Shown here: positions 46,311 to 59,088 of the stretch, piece after piece | How positions within the stretch are numbered: the stretch's first letter is position 1 | Layout of the letters: each line of letters starts with the position of its first letter | Source of the DNA: an uncultured Gemmatimonadales bacterium | GTDB lineage: Bacteria; Gemmatimonadota; Gemmatimonadetes; Gemmatimonadales; GWC2-71-9 | Reading direction: 5' to 3' | Length of the DNA stretch: 64,000 nt | NCBI GenBank assembly: GCA_963825055.1 | Contig: CAWGSK010000012.1 | Span: forward strand, 352,001 to 416,000 | Translations under genes and position numbers: made by a program | The notes under the pieces: generated by a model | Told to the model about the DNA's origin: nothing | Databases searched by the model: none | The model's input: only the letters and a program-made list of their open reading frames with translations

Positions 46311-47415
46311 ATGTCAGTGCTGACCGAACGACTCGAGGAGCTGCAGGAGCGTGTCACCGGGATGCGGGAGTTTCTTTGACCTCGCCAACCGTACGGCCCG
46401 CCTGACCGAGCTCGAGGCCAGCCAGGCCGATCCCGCGTTCTGGAGTGACCAGGAGCGCGCCCGCGAGGTCCTCCGCGAGGTCAAGCAGCACCGGCAGATC
46501 CTCGATCCCTACACCGAGCTCGAGAAACGGGCCGGATCGGCGATGGATATCGCCGCGCTGCTGGACGAGGAGCCCGACGAGTCCCTGTCCGCCGAACTGG
46601 AGCGGGAAGCGGCGGAACTGGAACGGCTGCTCGCAGACTTCGAGCTCCAGACCATGCTCCAGGGGCCGGATGACCCCAAGGACGCGATCATCACCATCCA
46701 CCCCGGCGCGGGCGGCACCGAGTCCCAGGACTGGGCCGAGATGCTGATGCGCATGTACGTCCGGTGGGCGGAGCGGCATGGTTTCGAGGTGCGGGTCCTC
46801 GATCTCCTCCCCGGAGAGGAGGCCGGCATCAAGTCGGTCACGCTGGAGGTCAAGGGGGAGTACGCCTACGGATTCCTCAGGGCCGAGAAGGGCGTCCACC
46901 GGCTGGTCCGCATCTCGCCCTATGATTCGCAGTCGCGGCGCCATACCTCCTTCGCGTCGGTGTTCATCTACCCCGACATCGACGATACGATCGAGATCGA
47001 CCTGCGCGAGGAGGACATCCGCATGGACGTCTTCCGCGCCTCGGGGGCGGGCGGCCAGCACGTCAACAAGACCTCGTCCGCGGTGCGGCTCACGCACGAG
47101 CCCACCGGGCTCGTGGTCTCGTGCCAGCAGGAGCGGAGCCAGACGAAGAACCGGGCCACCGCCATGAAGATGCTGCGCGCCGCGCTGTACCAGCGGAAGC
47201 TGGAGGAGCAGGAGGCGGCCCGCGCCGTGGTCGAGGCCACCAAGACCGACAACTCCTGGGGCAACCAGATCCGGAGCTATGTCTTCCAGCCCTATACCAT
47301 GGTCAATGACCACCGGACCGAGCTGAAGGTCGGCGATGTCCAGCGGGTCATGGATGGAGACCTGGACGAGTTCATCCAGGCCTGGCTCCGGCGTTTCGGG
47401 GGAAAGGCCGCGTGA
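46311..47415 (+). CDS. prfB: Peptide chain release factor 2 with programmed +1 frameshift
   Basis: MSVLTERLEELQERVTGMREFL then CTT-TGA-C at 46374-46380 preceded by SD-like GGGAG; SPY and GGQ motifs in the +1 frame. Confidence 0.97.
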
Positions 47416-48935
47416 GCGACACCCTCGCCCGTTCCCACGTGGAGGAGGCCCGCCGCGCCAAGCTCGCCGAGCTGGAGACGCTCGGGGTGCGTCCGTTCGC
47501 CTACCGCTTCGAGCGCTCGCACACGACCGCGGCCGCCCTCGAGATGTACGACGATGCGATGGGCGAGGACGGCCCCGAGGTCCGGCTGGCCGGGCGCCTG
47601 GTCTCGTTCCGCCCCAAGGGCAAGGTGGCGTTCGGCCACCTGCAGGACCACGGGGGGCGCGCCCAGCTCTACCTCCGGGAAGACCTGCTCGGCGAAACCT
47701 GGCCTCTGGTCAAACTGCTCGACCTGGGCGACCACATCGGCGTTACCGGGCGGCTGTTCCGGACCCGGGCCGGCGAGGTGACCATTCGCGTCAGCGCGCT
47801 CGAGCTGCTGGCGAAATCCCTGCGTCCGCTGCCGCTCGGCAAGTCACGGGTGGGCGAAGAAGGGGTCGAGACCTTCGGCGGGCTGACCGATCCGGAAGTG
47901 CGCTACCGCCAGCGCTACGCGGACCTCGCGGTCCATCCGGATATCCGGGCGGTGTTCGAGGTGCGCGCCCGTGCCATCCGTTTCCTCCGACGGTTCCTCG
48001 ACGAGCGCGGGTTCCTCGAAGTCGAGACCCCGGTGCTCCAGCCGATCTACGGCGGTGCCGCGGCGCGCCCGTTCACCACGCATCACAACGCGCTGGACAG
48101 CAGGCTGTATCTCCGGATCGCCGACGAGCTGTACCTGAAGCGACTCATCGTCGGCGGCTTCGACCGCGTCTACGAGATCGGCCACGATTTCCGCAACGAG
48201 GGCATGGACCGGACCCACAATCCCGAATTCACCATGCTCGAGTGCTACCAGGCCTACGCGGACTATCGCGACATGATGGAGCTCACCGAGGCCATGGTGG
48301 CGGGCGTGGTGCAGGAATGCTGCGGCAGCCTGCAGCTCGCCCGGGCCGGCACCGTGCTGGACTTCACCCCGCCCTGGCCCCGGGTCCCCTTCCTGAGGGG
48401 CGTCCAGGATGCGAGCGGGCTGGAGCTGCGGACCGCGACGGAAGATGAGCTTCGCGCATCCCTCAGGCAGCGGGGCGAGCCCGCGGAAGCGGTGGACGCC
48501 CTGACCGGCGCGCGCCTCCTCGACGAAGTCTTCAAGGTCTACCTGGAGCCGACGCTCATCCAGCCCTCGTTCGTCATTGACTACCCGAAGCCGCTCTCCC
48601 CGCTCGCCAAGGAGCACCGCGACGACCCGTACCTGACGGAGCGCTTCGAGCTCTTCGTGGCGGGCGGGGAACTGGCCAACGCCTTCAGCGAGCTCAACGA
48701 CCCGGATGACCAGCGCCGCCGGTTCGAGCAGCAGGCGGAACTCCGCGCCGGCGGCGACGAGGAAACCCAGCCATTCGACGCCGACTACATCAGGGCCCTG
48801 GAGTACGGCATGCCGCCGACCGGCGGCCTTGGCCTCGGCGTGGACCGGCTGGTCATGCTGCTGACCGATCAGAGCTTCATCCGGGACGTCATCCTGTTCC
48901 CGGCCCTCAGGCCGGAGTCGGGGCCCGAAGCGTGA
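47412..48935 (+). CDS. lysS: Lysine--tRNA ligase (class II)
   Basis: YRQRYADL, GGAAARPF, FRNEG, HNPEFT, YGMPPTGGLGLGVDRL. Confidence 0.97.
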   Translation: MSDTLARSHVEEARRAKLAELETLGVRPFAYRFERSHTTAAALEMYDDAMGEDGPEVRLAGRLVSFRPKGKVAFGHLQDHGGRAQLYLREDLLGETWPLVKLLDLGDHIGVTGRLFRTRAGEVTIRVSALELLAKSLRPLPLGKSRVGEEGVETFGGLTDPEVRYRQRYADLAVHPDIRAVFEVRARAIRFLRRFLDERGFLEVETPVLQPIYGGAAARPFTTHHNALDSRLYLRIADELYLKRLIVGGFDRVYEIGHDFRNEGMDRTHNPEFTMLECYQAYADYRDMMELTEAMVAGVVQECCGSLQLARAGTVLDFTPPWPRVPFLRGVQDASGLELRTATEDELRASLRQRGEPAEAVDALTGARLLDEVFKVYLEPTLIQPSFVIDYPKPLSPLAKEHRDDPYLTERFELFVAGGELANAFSELNDPDDQRRRFEQQAELRAGGDEETQPFDADYIRALEYGMPPTGGLGLGVDRLVMLLTDQSFIRDVILFPALRPESGPEA

Positions 48936-50238
48936 CGCGCGAACCCCGCTGGCGACGGTTCCGGCGCGCCGTCCGGGAAGTGCTGACCCCGCCATCCCGC
49001 CTCGAACTCCGCATCGCCGGCCGCTACCTCCAGGGGCGCCGGTCCTCCGGCGTGGCGTCGCTCAACACGATGATTTCCATCGGGGGCGTGGCCGTCGGCG
49101 TCATGGCGCTGATCGTGGTGCTGGGCGTGATGAACGGCCTGGGCGATGACTTGCGCGACCGGATCCTGGTCGCGAGCCCGCACCTCAGGGTACTGACCTA
49201 CGGCAACGGGCTCCGGCTCGACGACTGGCGCCGCGTGGCGGACGAGGTCGCGAAGGACCCGGATGTCGTGAGCGTCGCACCGGAGGTCCTGACACAGTCC
49301 ATCCTCAGCGCGGGCGCGGACTACTACGAAGGCGTCCAGGTGCTGGGCTATGCCCCCGGCATCAACGGGACTCCGGTCACGTCCCTTCCCGGGGCCATGA
49401 CGAACGGCGACCTGTCCCTCACGACGGACAGGAAGGATGTCGACGGGGCCCTGGTGCTGGGCCGGAGGCTGGCGGAGCGGATCGGGGTGGTACCCGGGGA
49501 CGAAGTCACCCTGGTCTCGCCGGCCGGCTCGAAGATGAACCGGGCGATCGGCGCGGCGGTCCCGCGCTACTACGTCTTCGAGGTGACCGGTTTGTTCGAG
49601 ACGGGCATGTTCCTCTACGACGACAAGTTCGTCGTGATGGACATCGATGTGGCCCGGCGCTTTGCCGGACTCGGCACCGCCGTGAGCGGCCTGGCTGTGC
49701 GCCTGCGCGATCCGTGGGAGGCCCCGGCGGTCGGCCTCAGGCTCGAGGACGCACTCGGGTATCCCTACCGCTCGCTCGACTGGCAGTCGCAGAACTCCAC
49801 GCTCTTCGGCGCGCTGAAGCTGGAGAAGCTGGCCATGGGGCTCATCATTTTCGTGATCATGATCGTCGCCGCGTTCAACATCGTCGGCACGCTGACCATG
49901 GTGGTGAACGAGAAGACGAGGGAGATCGGGATCCTGGAGGCGATGGGCATGCCGGGGCCTTCCATCGGGAGGATCTTCCTCGCCCAGGGCGCCATCATCG
50001 GGGCTGTGGGCGTAAGCATCGGCCTGACCCTCGGTCTCTTCGCCGCCCTCGCGGTGGATCGGTGGCAGTGGATCAAGATCGACCCCGCGGTGTATTTCAT
50101 CGATCACCTGCCGATTCACGTGGCAGCACTCGACGTGGCGGTCGTCGTGACCGCAAGCCTGCTGCTGGCCATCGCGGCGACCCTCTATCCTTCCCGCTCT
50201 GCGGCGGCCCTCGCCCCGGTCGACGCGATCCGGCACGA

Positions 50239-50242
<4 letters not shown>
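48932..50242 (+). CDS. lolC: Lipoprotein-releasing ABC transporter permease LolC/E
   Basis: GVAVGVMALIVVLGVMNG, VAAFNIVGTL..V.EKTREIGIL.AMG, ATLYPSRSAA..PVDAIRHE. Confidence 0.92.
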
Positions 50243-50936
<694 letters not shown>

Positions 50937-50940
<4 letters not shown>

Positions 50941-51455
50941 AGTGCACGCAATGCGACGAACGCGAAGCGGTCATCCACCTGACCCAGGTGTCGGGCGAGG
51001 AGACGACCGTGCTGCACCTCTGCGAGAAGTGCGCGGCGGAGAAGGGCATGGAGACTCCGGCCCAGCTCGGCAAGAACCCGCTGGGCACCTTCCTGGCCGC
51101 GATGGGGCAGGGCTGGAAGGGGACGCTGCCGTCCGAGCCCGGCCTGGAGGCGGTGCGCTGCCGCGGATGCGGCGCTACGCTGGAAGATTTCCGCGATACC
51201 GGGCGGCTCGGGTGCCCGGAGTGCTACCAGACGTTCCAGGGGCCCCTCTCCGACTTGCTCCGGCGCCTGCACGGCGCCACCCGTCACGTGGGCGAGCGCT
51301 ATCACGCGCCGGGAGCGCCGGATGTAGCCGGTGACGGTGTCGAGCACACACCGGGCCTGGCGCGCGAACTGCGCGAGAGGCTCCGGACGGCCGTCGAGGA
51401 TGAGAACTTTGAACTGGCCGCGCAACTCCGCGACCAGCTCCGGGCGGTGGAATGA
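50937..51455 (+). CDS. mcsA: McsA (protein-arginine kinase activator)
   Basis: Four CxxC motifs (CTQC, CEKC, CRGC, CPEC), GRLGC..CY, C-terminal UVR 'AVEDENFELAAQLRDQL'. Confidence 0.93.
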
Positions 51456-52528
51456 TTGACCTGAGCCTGCTGACCGACGGGGGCATGGGCTGGCTCGACG
51501 CGAGCGGCCCGGAGAGCCATCTCGTGCTCTCAACCCGGGTCCGGCTGGCGCGGAACCTTGCCGGCCACCCCTTCAGTACCCGGAACACCCCGTCCGACCG
51601 CGAGTTGATCCTGGACGAGGTACGGGGCGCGGTGCGGGACACGGCCGGTCTGGGGCAGGCCACGGAATTCCGTCTTGACCGGCTGGAGGCGGTGGAGCGA
51701 CAGCTCCTGCACGAACGTCACCTCGTCAGCCGGGAGCTCGCCGGGCTCGAGCAGGACGTGCGATCGGGGGCCGGGTTGCTCGTCCAGGACACCGTAGGGG
51801 CGATGCTCAACGAGGAGGACCACCTCCGGCTTCAGGGCATGCGATCGGGGTTCGACCTGGCGGCCACCTACGCCGCCGTCGACCGGCTGGACGCCGAACT
51901 GGGACAACGACTTGCGTTCGCCTTTCACCCTGAGTTTGGTTATCTTACCTCGTGCCCGACCAACGTTGGCACGGGGCTCCGCGCCTCGGTGCTGATCCAC
52001 CTTCCGGGCCTGGTCCTCACCAAGGAAATTGCCAAGGTGCTGCAGGGCCTCGGACAGGTCGGCCTGACGTTCCGGGGGCTGTACGGCGAGGGCAGCGAGG
52101 TAGTCGGGAACTTTTTCCAGCTGTCGAACCAGACGACGCTGGGCAAGAGCGAGCGGGAACTGCTCGACCACCTCGGGAAGATTGTCCGGCAGGTGGTGGA
52201 ATATGAGGAGCAGGCGCGCCAGGTGTTGCTGCGCGATGCCCCGACGATCATCGAGGACAAGGTCTGGCGCGCCTATGCGCTGCTGCGCTACGCGCGCACA
52301 CTGTCCTTCGAGGAAACGATGAACCTGCTGAGCGGCGTCCGGCTCGGCGTGGGCCTGGGCCTCATTGACGAGGTCGGGCTCTACGCGCTGAACAAGCTGC
52401 TCATCTTCTGCCAGCCGGCACACCTCGCCTCGGCGGAAGGCCGTTCCGGCACCGATGCCGACCTCGCCGCGCGGCGCGCGGCCTATGTACGCACACTGTT
52501 GGAGGAGGAGGCGGGCCGGCGCCGCTAG
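51452..52528 (+). CDS. mcsB: Protein-arginine kinase McsB
   Basis: LSTRVRLARN, NEEDHLR, GYLTSCPTNVGTGLRAS, RGLYGEGS, QLSNQTTLG. Confidence 0.95.
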   Translation: MIDLSLLTDGGMGWLDASGPESHLVLSTRVRLARNLAGHPFSTRNTPSDRELILDEVRGAVRDTAGLGQATEFRLDRLEAVERQLLHERHLVSRELAGLEQDVRSGAGLLVQDTVGAMLNEEDHLRLQGMRSGFDLAATYAAVDRLDAELGQRLAFAFHPEFGYLTSCPTNVGTGLRASVLIHLPGLVLTKEIAKVLQGLGQVGLTFRGLYGEGSEVVGNFFQLSNQTTLGKSERELLDHLGKIVRQVVEYEEQARQVLLRDAPTIIEDKVWRAYALLRYARTLSFEETMNLLSGVRLGVGLGLIDEVGLYALNKLLIFCQPAHLASAEGRSGTDADLAARRAAYVRTLLEEEAGRRR

Positions 52529-52560
52529 GCGCCAGCGTCCGCTCCGGAGCAGGGACCCAG

Positions 52561-55026
52561 ATGAACGGATACAACTTCACCGATCGCGTCCGGAAAGTGC
52601 TGCAGATGGCCCGCGAAGAGGCGGCCCGCCTGCATCACGAGTACGTGGGCACGGAGCACATTCTCCTCGGCCTCATTCGTGAGGGCGAGGGCGTCGCCGC
52701 CGCGGTGCTGACCAACCTGAACGTGGACCTCGAGGAAATCCAGCAGAAGATCGAGGAGACCGTCAAGAAGGGGAAGGCCGGCGCTGCGGTCGGGCCCGAT
52801 CTCCCGTACACCAGCCGCGCCAAGAAGGTGCTCGAGCTGGCCATGACCGAGGCGCGCGAGCTCAACCACAGCTACGTGGGCACCGAGCACCTGCTGCTGG
52901 GCCTGTTGCGGGAGGAGAAGGGCATTGCCGCCCAGGTCCTCACCGATTCCGGCGTGAACCTGGAGCAGTCGCGCGCCGAGACGCTGCGGCTCCTCGGCAG
53001 CGACATGCCGCAGGCCCCGAGCGGCGCCCAGCCCGCCTCCGCGACACCCAAGAGCGAGAAGAAATCCAAGACACCCGCGCTTGACCACTTCTGCCGCGAC
53101 CTGACCCAGCTCGCCGCCGAGGACCAGCTGGACCCGACCATCGGCCGGGCGCAGGAGATCGAACGGGTGATGGAGATTCTCGCCCGGCGGAAGAAAAACA
53201 ACCCTGTGCTGATCGGGGAGCCGGGCGTCGGGAAGACGGCCATCGTCGAGGGCCTGGCCCTGCTGATCGCGAACGGGCTTTGTCCGGACGTCCTGCGGGA
53301 CCACCGCGTCCTGAGCCTGGACATGGCGGCCGTCATCGCCGGCACGAAGTACCGGGGCCAGTTCGAGGAACGGCTCAAGGCGGTCATGAACGAGATCGCC
53401 CAGAACAAGAACATCGTCCTCTTCATTGACGAGCTGCACACCCTGGTGGGCGCCGGCGCCGCCGAGGGCGCCATCGATGCTTCCAACATGCTGAAGCCCG
53501 CGCTCGCGCGGGGTGAGCTGCAGTGCGTCGGCGCGTCCACCCTGAACGAGTACCGCAAGTACATCGAGAAGGACGGCGCGCTCGAGCGGCGGTTCCAGAC
53601 GGTCATGGTCGAGCCGCCCACCATCGAGGAAACCATCGAGATCCTGAAGGGGCTCCGGAAGAAGTACGAGGAGCACCACCGGGTGACCCTGCCGGACGAG
53701 AGTCTGGTCGGCGCGGCGCAGCTGTCGGAGCGTTACATCACTGACCGGTTCCTGCCGGACAAGGCGATCGACGTGATCGACGAGGCTGGCGCGCGCGCGC
53801 GCCTGGCCAGCCAGGTGCCGCCGGCCGAAGTGTCGGTGCTCAAGGACGAGCTCGAGCAGGTCAACGTGGACAAGGAGAACGCCGTCCGCGACCAGAACTT
53901 CGAGCGCGCGGCCAGCCTGCGCGACCGTGAGCGCGACCTCCAGAACCAGATCCGGCAGAAGCAGGAGGAGTGGGAGCGCGAGCGCCAGCTTCGCCGCCCG
54001 GTCATTGACGAGGAAGCCATCGCCTTCGTCGTGTCGCGCTGGACCGGGATCCCGGTGACGCGGCTCCAGGAGGCCGAGGCCTCCCGGCTCCTCCGGATGG
54101 AGGACGAGCTCCACGAGTCCGTCGTGGGGCAGGACGAGGCCATCAAGGCGATCAGCCGGGCCATCCGGCGCAGCCGCGCCGGCCTCAAGGACCCGCGCCA
54201 CCCGATCGGCTCGTTCATCTTCAGCGGCCCCACCGGTGTCGGCAAGACCGAGCTGGCCCGGGCGCTCGCCCGGTTCCTGTTCGCCGATGCGTCAGCCCTC
54301 ATCAGGGTCGACATGTCGGAGTACATGGAGAAATTCTCGGTGTCACGCCTCATCGGCGCGCCCCCGGGCTACGTCGGCTATGAGGACAGCGGCGCGCTGA
54401 CCAAGGCCATACGGCGCAAGCCGTACTCGGTCGTCCTGCTTGACGAGATCGAAAAGGCCCATCCCGACGTCTTCAACATCCTGCTCCAGGTGCTGGACGA
54501 GGGCCACCTGACCGACAATTACGGCCGGATCATTGACTTCAAGAATACGGTCGTGATCATGACCAGTAACGTGGGCGCCCGCGAGATCATGCAGTCCAAG
54601 ACACTGGGCTTCCATACCGCTGACGCTCAGGCCTCGTTCGAGAAGATGGAGGCCAAGGTCAAGGACGAGATCCAGAAGGTCTTCAACCCGGAGTTCCTGA
54701 ACCGGCTGGACGACGTCATCGTATTCCACCCCCTCTCGCGCGACGACATTGCCCGCATCGTGCACATCCTGCTGCGCGAGGTCGAGCGCCGCCTGGGTGA
54801 CGAGATCCGCCTCACCGACGCGGCCGTCGAGTTCCTGGTGGAGAAGGGCTATGACCAGAGCTACGGCGCCCGTCCGCTGAAGCGCGCCATCCAGAAGTAC
54901 ATCGAGGATCCCCTCAGCGAGAAAATCCTCGTGGGCGACGTCGGCCGCGGCGATGACATCGAGATCGATGTCGACCCCGACGGCGAAAAGCTCTCCTTCC
55001 GCGCCCTCACCGGATCCAAGGCCTGA
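52561..55026 (+). CDS. clpC: ATP-dependent Clp protease ATPase subunit ClpC
   Basis: Two Clp-N repeats, [12 protein letters not shown]-domain, [15 protein letters not shown]. Confidence 0.96.
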   Translation: MNGYNFTDRVRKVLQMAREEAARLHHEYVGTEHILLGLIREGEGVAAAVLTNLNVDLEEIQQKIEETVKKGKAGAAVGPDLPYTSRAKKVLELAMTEARELNHSYVGTEHLLLGLLREEKGIAAQVLTDSGVNLEQSRAETLRLLGSDMPQAPSGAQPASATPKSEKKSKTPALDHFCRDLTQLAAEDQLDPTIGRAQEIERVMEILARRKKNNPVLIGEPGVGKTAIVEGLALLIANGLCPDVLRDHRVLSLDMAAVIAGTKYRGQFEERLKAVMNEIAQNKNIVLFIDELHTLVGAGAAEGAIDASNMLKPALARGELQCVGASTLNEYRKYIEKDGALERRFQTVMVEPPTIEETIEILKGLRKKYEEHHRVTLPDESLVGAAQLSERYITDRFLPDKAIDVIDEAGARARLASQVPPAEVSVLKDELEQVNVDKENAVRDQNFERAASLRDRERDLQNQIRQKQEEWERERQLRRPVIDEEAIAFVVSRWTGIPVTRLQEAEASRLLRMEDELHESVVGQDEAIKAISRAIRRSRAGLKDPRHPIGSFIFSGPTGVGKTELARALARFLFADASALIRVDMSEYMEKFSVSRLIGAPPGYVGYEDSGALTKAIRRKPYSVVLLDEIEKAHPDVFNILLQVLDEGHLTDNYGRIIDFKNTVVIMTSNVGAREIMQSKTLGFHTADAQASFEKMEAKVKDEIQKVFNPEFLNRLDDVIVFHPLSRDDIARIVHILLREVERRLGDEIRLTDAAVEFLVEKGYDQSYGARPLKRAIQKYIEDPLSEKILVGDVGRGDDIEIDVDPDGEKLSFRALTGSKA

Positions 55027-55082
55027 CGGAGCGGCGCCGGCCCGGCCGGCGCCATCTCGAGGCGGACACGACCCTCACGTAC

Positions 55083-57467
55083 ATGTCCCGACGACTGCAC
55101 TCCATTCTGGTGACAGCCGCCCTCTTCCTGGGGGCCGGCCACCTGGCCGCCCAGGAGCCCGGCGGCGAGGCCGCCGTGGTGCCTCCCCTCGACAGCATCA
55201 CCGTCGTGGGGAATCACCGCCTGACCGATGCCCAGATCATCGGCACTTCCGGTTTCGTCGTGCACCAGGTGGTCAACTACCGGGACGTCCAGCGCGCGAT
55301 CCAGGCGCTGTTCGCCACCGGCCAGTTTGATGACGTGGCCGTCGACCAGGGCAACGTGGACGGCCGCCTCCTGCTGACGATCCGGGTGAAGGAACGGCCG
55401 ATCCTCCGCCGGTGGGCGGTACGGGGGCCGGAGCAGGTCAGTGAGCGCAAGGTCCGGGACCGGGTAAAGGTGGTCGAGGGCCGGCCGATCGACCGCGCGG
55501 CGGTGGCCCAGGCCCGCGCCAGCATCGATTCGCTGTACCAGGAGGAAGGGTATTACCAGGCCACGGTCGAGGCCCGCCAGACCGCCCAGGACAGCAGCGG
55601 CGTGGTGATCGTGTTCGATGTCCACGAAGGCGAGCGGGTCGCGATTGCGCAGGTGACGGTGGACGGGAACACCCGCTTCGACGACGGCGCCCTCGTCAAG
55701 CACATGAAGAGCCGCCCCGAGGGGTTCTTCTGGTGGCAGAACGGGCGTTTTGACGACCGCGACCTCGAGGATGACCTGCGCGAGCGGCTGCCCCGGTTTT
55801 ACGCCGACCACGGCTATATCGACTTCCAGGTCCGGGACGACACCCTGGTGGCCGATTCGACCACCGGCAAGGCCACCCTCTCGCTGACGGTGGACGAGGG
55901 CGCACGGTACTACGTGGGTCAGTTCGACATCGACGGGAACCGGCGCTTCTCCTCCGAGGAGCTGTCCGTCTTCTACCCGTTCCAGGCCCGGCCCGGCGAT
56001 TCCACGGCGCAACCGTTCAACCGGACCCAGTGGGAGGCGGCCACCGAGAAGGTCTCGACCCTCTACCACAACAACGGCTACATCTATGCGCAGGTGAACA
56101 GCGAGGAGCGCCGCCGTACCGGTCCGGACGGGCAGTCCTACCTCGACCTCGCCTGGAGCATCCGCGAGGGCTCCCCGGCCACCATCAACAAGATCAATAT
56201 CGTGGGTAACGACGTCACCCACGAGCGGGTCATCCGCGACGCCATCGTGCTGCTGCCGGGGTCGGTCTTCAACCAGGACCGGCTGCTCCGCAGTTACCAG
56301 AACATCTCGAACCTCGGCTTCTTCCAGCAGCCGCTCCCGTTCCCGGACATCGAACAGACCGAGAACGGGATCGACGTGGATATCACCTTCCGCGTGCAGG
56401 AGCGCCGGACCGGCAACATCAACTTCGGCGCCAGCCTCGGGCAGGGAACCGGCATCGGTGGCTTCCTCGGCCTGGAGGAGCCCAACCTGTTCGGCCGCGG
56501 CAAGCGCGGGCGGCTCCAGTACCAGTTCGGCCGGAACATCAATGACTTTACGCTGAGCTATTCCGACCCGTCCATCCGCGAATCCCGTATCTCCGGTACG
56601 CTGACCTTGTTCAACTCCCGGCAGCGCTTCACCATCGGGGACCTCGGCCGACGGGTGCAGACCGGCGGCAGCCTCCAGCTCGGCTTCCCGTTCTTCGGGT
56701 CACGATATACCCGGCTCTTTACGTCGTACGGGTTCCAGCGGATCCGCTTCACCGAGGGATCGTCCGACCTGCGGGCGCGCTTCAACTGCAACAACTGCAG
56801 CCGCAGCACGCTCGGGATGAGCCTGCTGCGCGATACGCGGATCGACCTGCCGTTCCCGACTGCCGGCGGCATGATCCAGACGAGCGTCGAGACCAACGGC
56901 GGCATCCTGGGCGGCACCGGCCGCTACCAGAAGCTCGAGTCCGAGGGGCGCTGGTACGCCCCCCTCGGCAGCATGGGCGGAAACCCCCAGCTCGGGACGG
57001 GCGTACGGTTCGTCCTCGGCCTCACCGCCAAGAGCGGTTTCATCTTCGGTGATGCCGGACCGTTCTTCACCGAGCTGTACTCGATGGGCGGTACCCAGTT
57101 CGGCGTGCCGCTGCGGGGCTACGACGAATTCTCCATTACGCCGGACGGGTTCGATGCCTTCGCCGCCGGTTCCTCGGCGAGCCCCAATGCGTTCGGGAAG
57201 TCCTACGCGGCGTTCACGCTCGAGCTGGGCGCGCGGGTCAGCCAGTCGGTGTACACCAGTGCCTTCCTGGATGCCGGCAACGTGTACCGCAGCGCCCGCC
57301 AGTACGACCCGAGCCGGCTCTACAAGGGCGCCGGGTTCGGCGTGGCGCTGGTTACGCCGCTCGGCCCGATCGGGATCGACCTGGGGTACGGTTTCGACAA
57401 GCTCGACGTGGACGGCCGTCCGGCGCCCGGATGGAAGCTGCATTTCAAGCTCGGGAATTTCTTCTAG
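55083..57467 (+). CDS. bamA: Outer-membrane protein assembly factor BamA
   Basis: Signal peptide, POTRA repeats, LRGY motif, TPLGPIGIDLGYG, terminal F. Confidence 0.95.
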   Translation: MSRRLHSILVTAALFLGAGHLAAQEPGGEAAVVPPLDSITVVGNHRLTDAQIIGTSGFVVHQVVNYRDVQRAIQALFATGQFDDVAVDQGNVDGRLLLTIRVKERPILRRWAVRGPEQVSERKVRDRVKVVEGRPIDRAAVAQARASIDSLYQEEGYYQATVEARQTAQDSSGVVIVFDVHEGERVAIAQVTVDGNTRFDDGALVKHMKSRPEGFFWWQNGRFDDRDLEDDLRERLPRFYADHGYIDFQVRDDTLVADSTTGKATLSLTVDEGARYYVGQFDIDGNRRFSSEELSVFYPFQARPGDSTAQPFNRTQWEAATEKVSTLYHNNGYIYAQVNSEERRRTGPDGQSYLDLAWSIREGSPATINKINIVGNDVTHERVIRDAIVLLPGSVFNQDRLLRSYQNISNLGFFQQPLPFPDIEQTENGIDVDITFRVQERRTGNINFGASLGQGTGIGGFLGLEEPNLFGRGKRGRLQYQFGRNINDFTLSYSDPSIRESRISGTLTLFNSRQRFTIGDLGRRVQTGGSLQLGFPFFGSRYTRLFTSYGFQRIRFTEGSSDLRARFNCNNCSRSTLGMSLLRDTRIDLPFPTAGGMIQTSVETNGGILGGTGRYQKLESEGRWYAPLGSMGGNPQLGTGVRFVLGLTAKSGFIFGDAGPFFTELYSMGGTQFGVPLRGYDEFSITPDGFDAFAAGSSASPNAFGKSYAAFTLELGARVSQSVYTSAFLDAGNVYRSARQYDPSRLYKGAGFGVALVTPLGPIGIDLGYGFDKLDVDGRPAPGWKLHFKLGNFF

Positions 57468-57496
57468 TCTTATCCAACCCTGTTGTGGAGTCATGC

Positions 57497-58036
57497 ATGC
57501 GGAATCATCTCGTAAAGCTCACCCTGGCCGTTCTCCTGCTCGCCGGCGCCGCCACTGTTCCGGCGGCCGCGCAGCAGGGGGCTCAGAAGATCGGCTACAT
57601 CAACATGCAGGCCGTCCTCCGGCAGACCCCGGGATATGCGGCGGCGGAGAGCCTGTATACCCGCGAGGCCGAGGGCTACCGCCAGGAAGTCCAGCGGCTG
57701 CAGTCACAGCTCGACTCCTCGGCGAGCAAGTTCGAGCGCGATGCCGTGCTCCTGAGTCCCACCGCCCGCGAGACCCGGCGGAAGGAGCTGCAGGCCCAGC
57801 AGGACAGCCTGGAGCAGCGGTTCAACGCCATCCGTGAGCGGGCGGCCGCGCGGGAGCGCGAACTGCTCGACCCGATCCAGCAGCGGGTGAACACCGTGGT
57901 TGACGGCATCCGGGCTGAGGGCAACTACTCACTGATCTTTGACGTGTCGTCGGCCTACTCCAGCATCGTCTCCGCGGACCGGGCACTGGACCTGACGCAA
58001 CGGGTCATTGACCGGCTGAAGTCCGCGGGCCAGTGA
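57497..58036 (+). CDS. skp: Skp/OmpH periplasmic chaperone
   Basis: Signal peptide, KIGYINMQAVL, coiled coil, DLTQRVIDRL; between bamA and lpxD. Confidence 0.92.
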   Translation: MRNHLVKLTLAVLLLAGAATVPAAAQQGAQKIGYINMQAVLRQTPGYAAAESLYTREAEGYRQEVQRLQSQLDSSASKFERDAVLLSPTARETRRKELQAQQDSLEQRFNAIRERAAARERELLDPIQQRVNTVVDGIRAEGNYSLIFDVSSAYSSIVSADRALDLTQRVIDRLKSAGQ

Positions 58037-59088
58037 CTTCGGACGCGGGGCAGGGTCTTACCGCGCAGGCGGTCGCCGACCTCGTCGGCGGCCGCCTGTT
58101 TGGCGACGGAGGCGTCGTCCTCCGCCGTGTGGGCGGGCTCGACCGCGCCGACCCGGAGACGCTGGCGTTTCTTGTCTCGCCCCGCTACCGCCCGTATTTT
58201 CGGTCCTCGCGTGCCGGGGCCGTCCTCGTGACGGAAACGTTCGCCACGGAGGAAGGCGGGCCGGCCACCCGCATCGTGGTCGAGAACCCGCAACGCGCCA
58301 TGATCACCGTCCTGCCCCGGCTCTATCCGGACGATGCCCCCGGGACGGGGGTTGACCCGACCGCCCGGTTCGGCCGGGGAGTCCGGCTGGGAGCGGACGT
58401 CACGATCGGGCCGTACGTCACCGTGGGTGACGGGGCAGCCATCGGGGATGGTACCACGGTCGAGGCCGGGGCCCACATCGGCCGGGACGTCGTCGTCGGC
58501 CGCCGGTGCCGGATCGGGCCCGGCGCGGTTTGCCATCCGGGGACCATCATGGGCGACCGGGTGGAGATCAAGGCGTCCTGCATCCTGGGCGGAACCGGTT
58601 TCGGGTACACTCCGGGGCCGGAGGGCCACCAGCGCATCCCGCATGTCGGGCGCTGCATCATCGAGGATGACGTCCACATCGGCAGTCATACCTGCGTCGA
58701 TCGCGGCAGCCTGGACGACACGGTGGTGGGTTCGGGCACCCGGATCGACAATCTGGTGCATGTCGCCCACAACGTCCGGATCGGCCGGCAGTGCCTGATC
58801 ATGGCAACCTGCGCGATCGCGGGCAGCGCCCGCATCGGAGACGGTGTCATCCTCGCCGGGGCCGCGGGCGTTCGCGACCACGTGACCGTGGGCGACGGGG
58901 CGCGGATCAGCGCCCGCAGCGTCGTGTTCAGCGACGTACCGCCGGGCGAGACCTGGGGCGGCTATCCCGCCCGGGGCCACCGTGACTGGCTCAGGGCCCA
59001 GGCGGCCCTGTATCAGCTGCCCGACCTCCTCCGTCCACTGCACTCACTGATCGAGGACTACGCGCGCCGTGCCCAGAACCACGATTGA
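58033..59088 (+). CDS. lpxD: UDP-3-O-acylglucosamine N-acyltransferase
   Basis: Hexapeptide repeats, GFGY, DRGSLDDT, IDNLVHVAHN. Confidence 0.96.
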   Translation: MTSDAGQGLTAQAVADLVGGRLFGDGGVVLRRVGGLDRADPETLAFLVSPRYRPYFRSSRAGAVLVTETFATEEGGPATRIVVENPQRAMITVLPRLYPDDAPGTGVDPTARFGRGVRLGADVTIGPYVTVGDGAAIGDGTTVEAGAHIGRDVVVGRRCRIGPGAVCHPGTIMGDRVEIKASCILGGTGFGYTPGPEGHQRIPHVGRCIIEDDVHIGSHTCVDRGSLDDTVVGSGTRIDNLVHVAHNVRIGRQCLIMATCAIAGSARIGDGVILAGAAGVRDHVTVGDGARISARSVVFSDVPPGETWGGYPARGHRDWLRAQAALYQLPDLLRPLHSLIEDYARRAQNHD

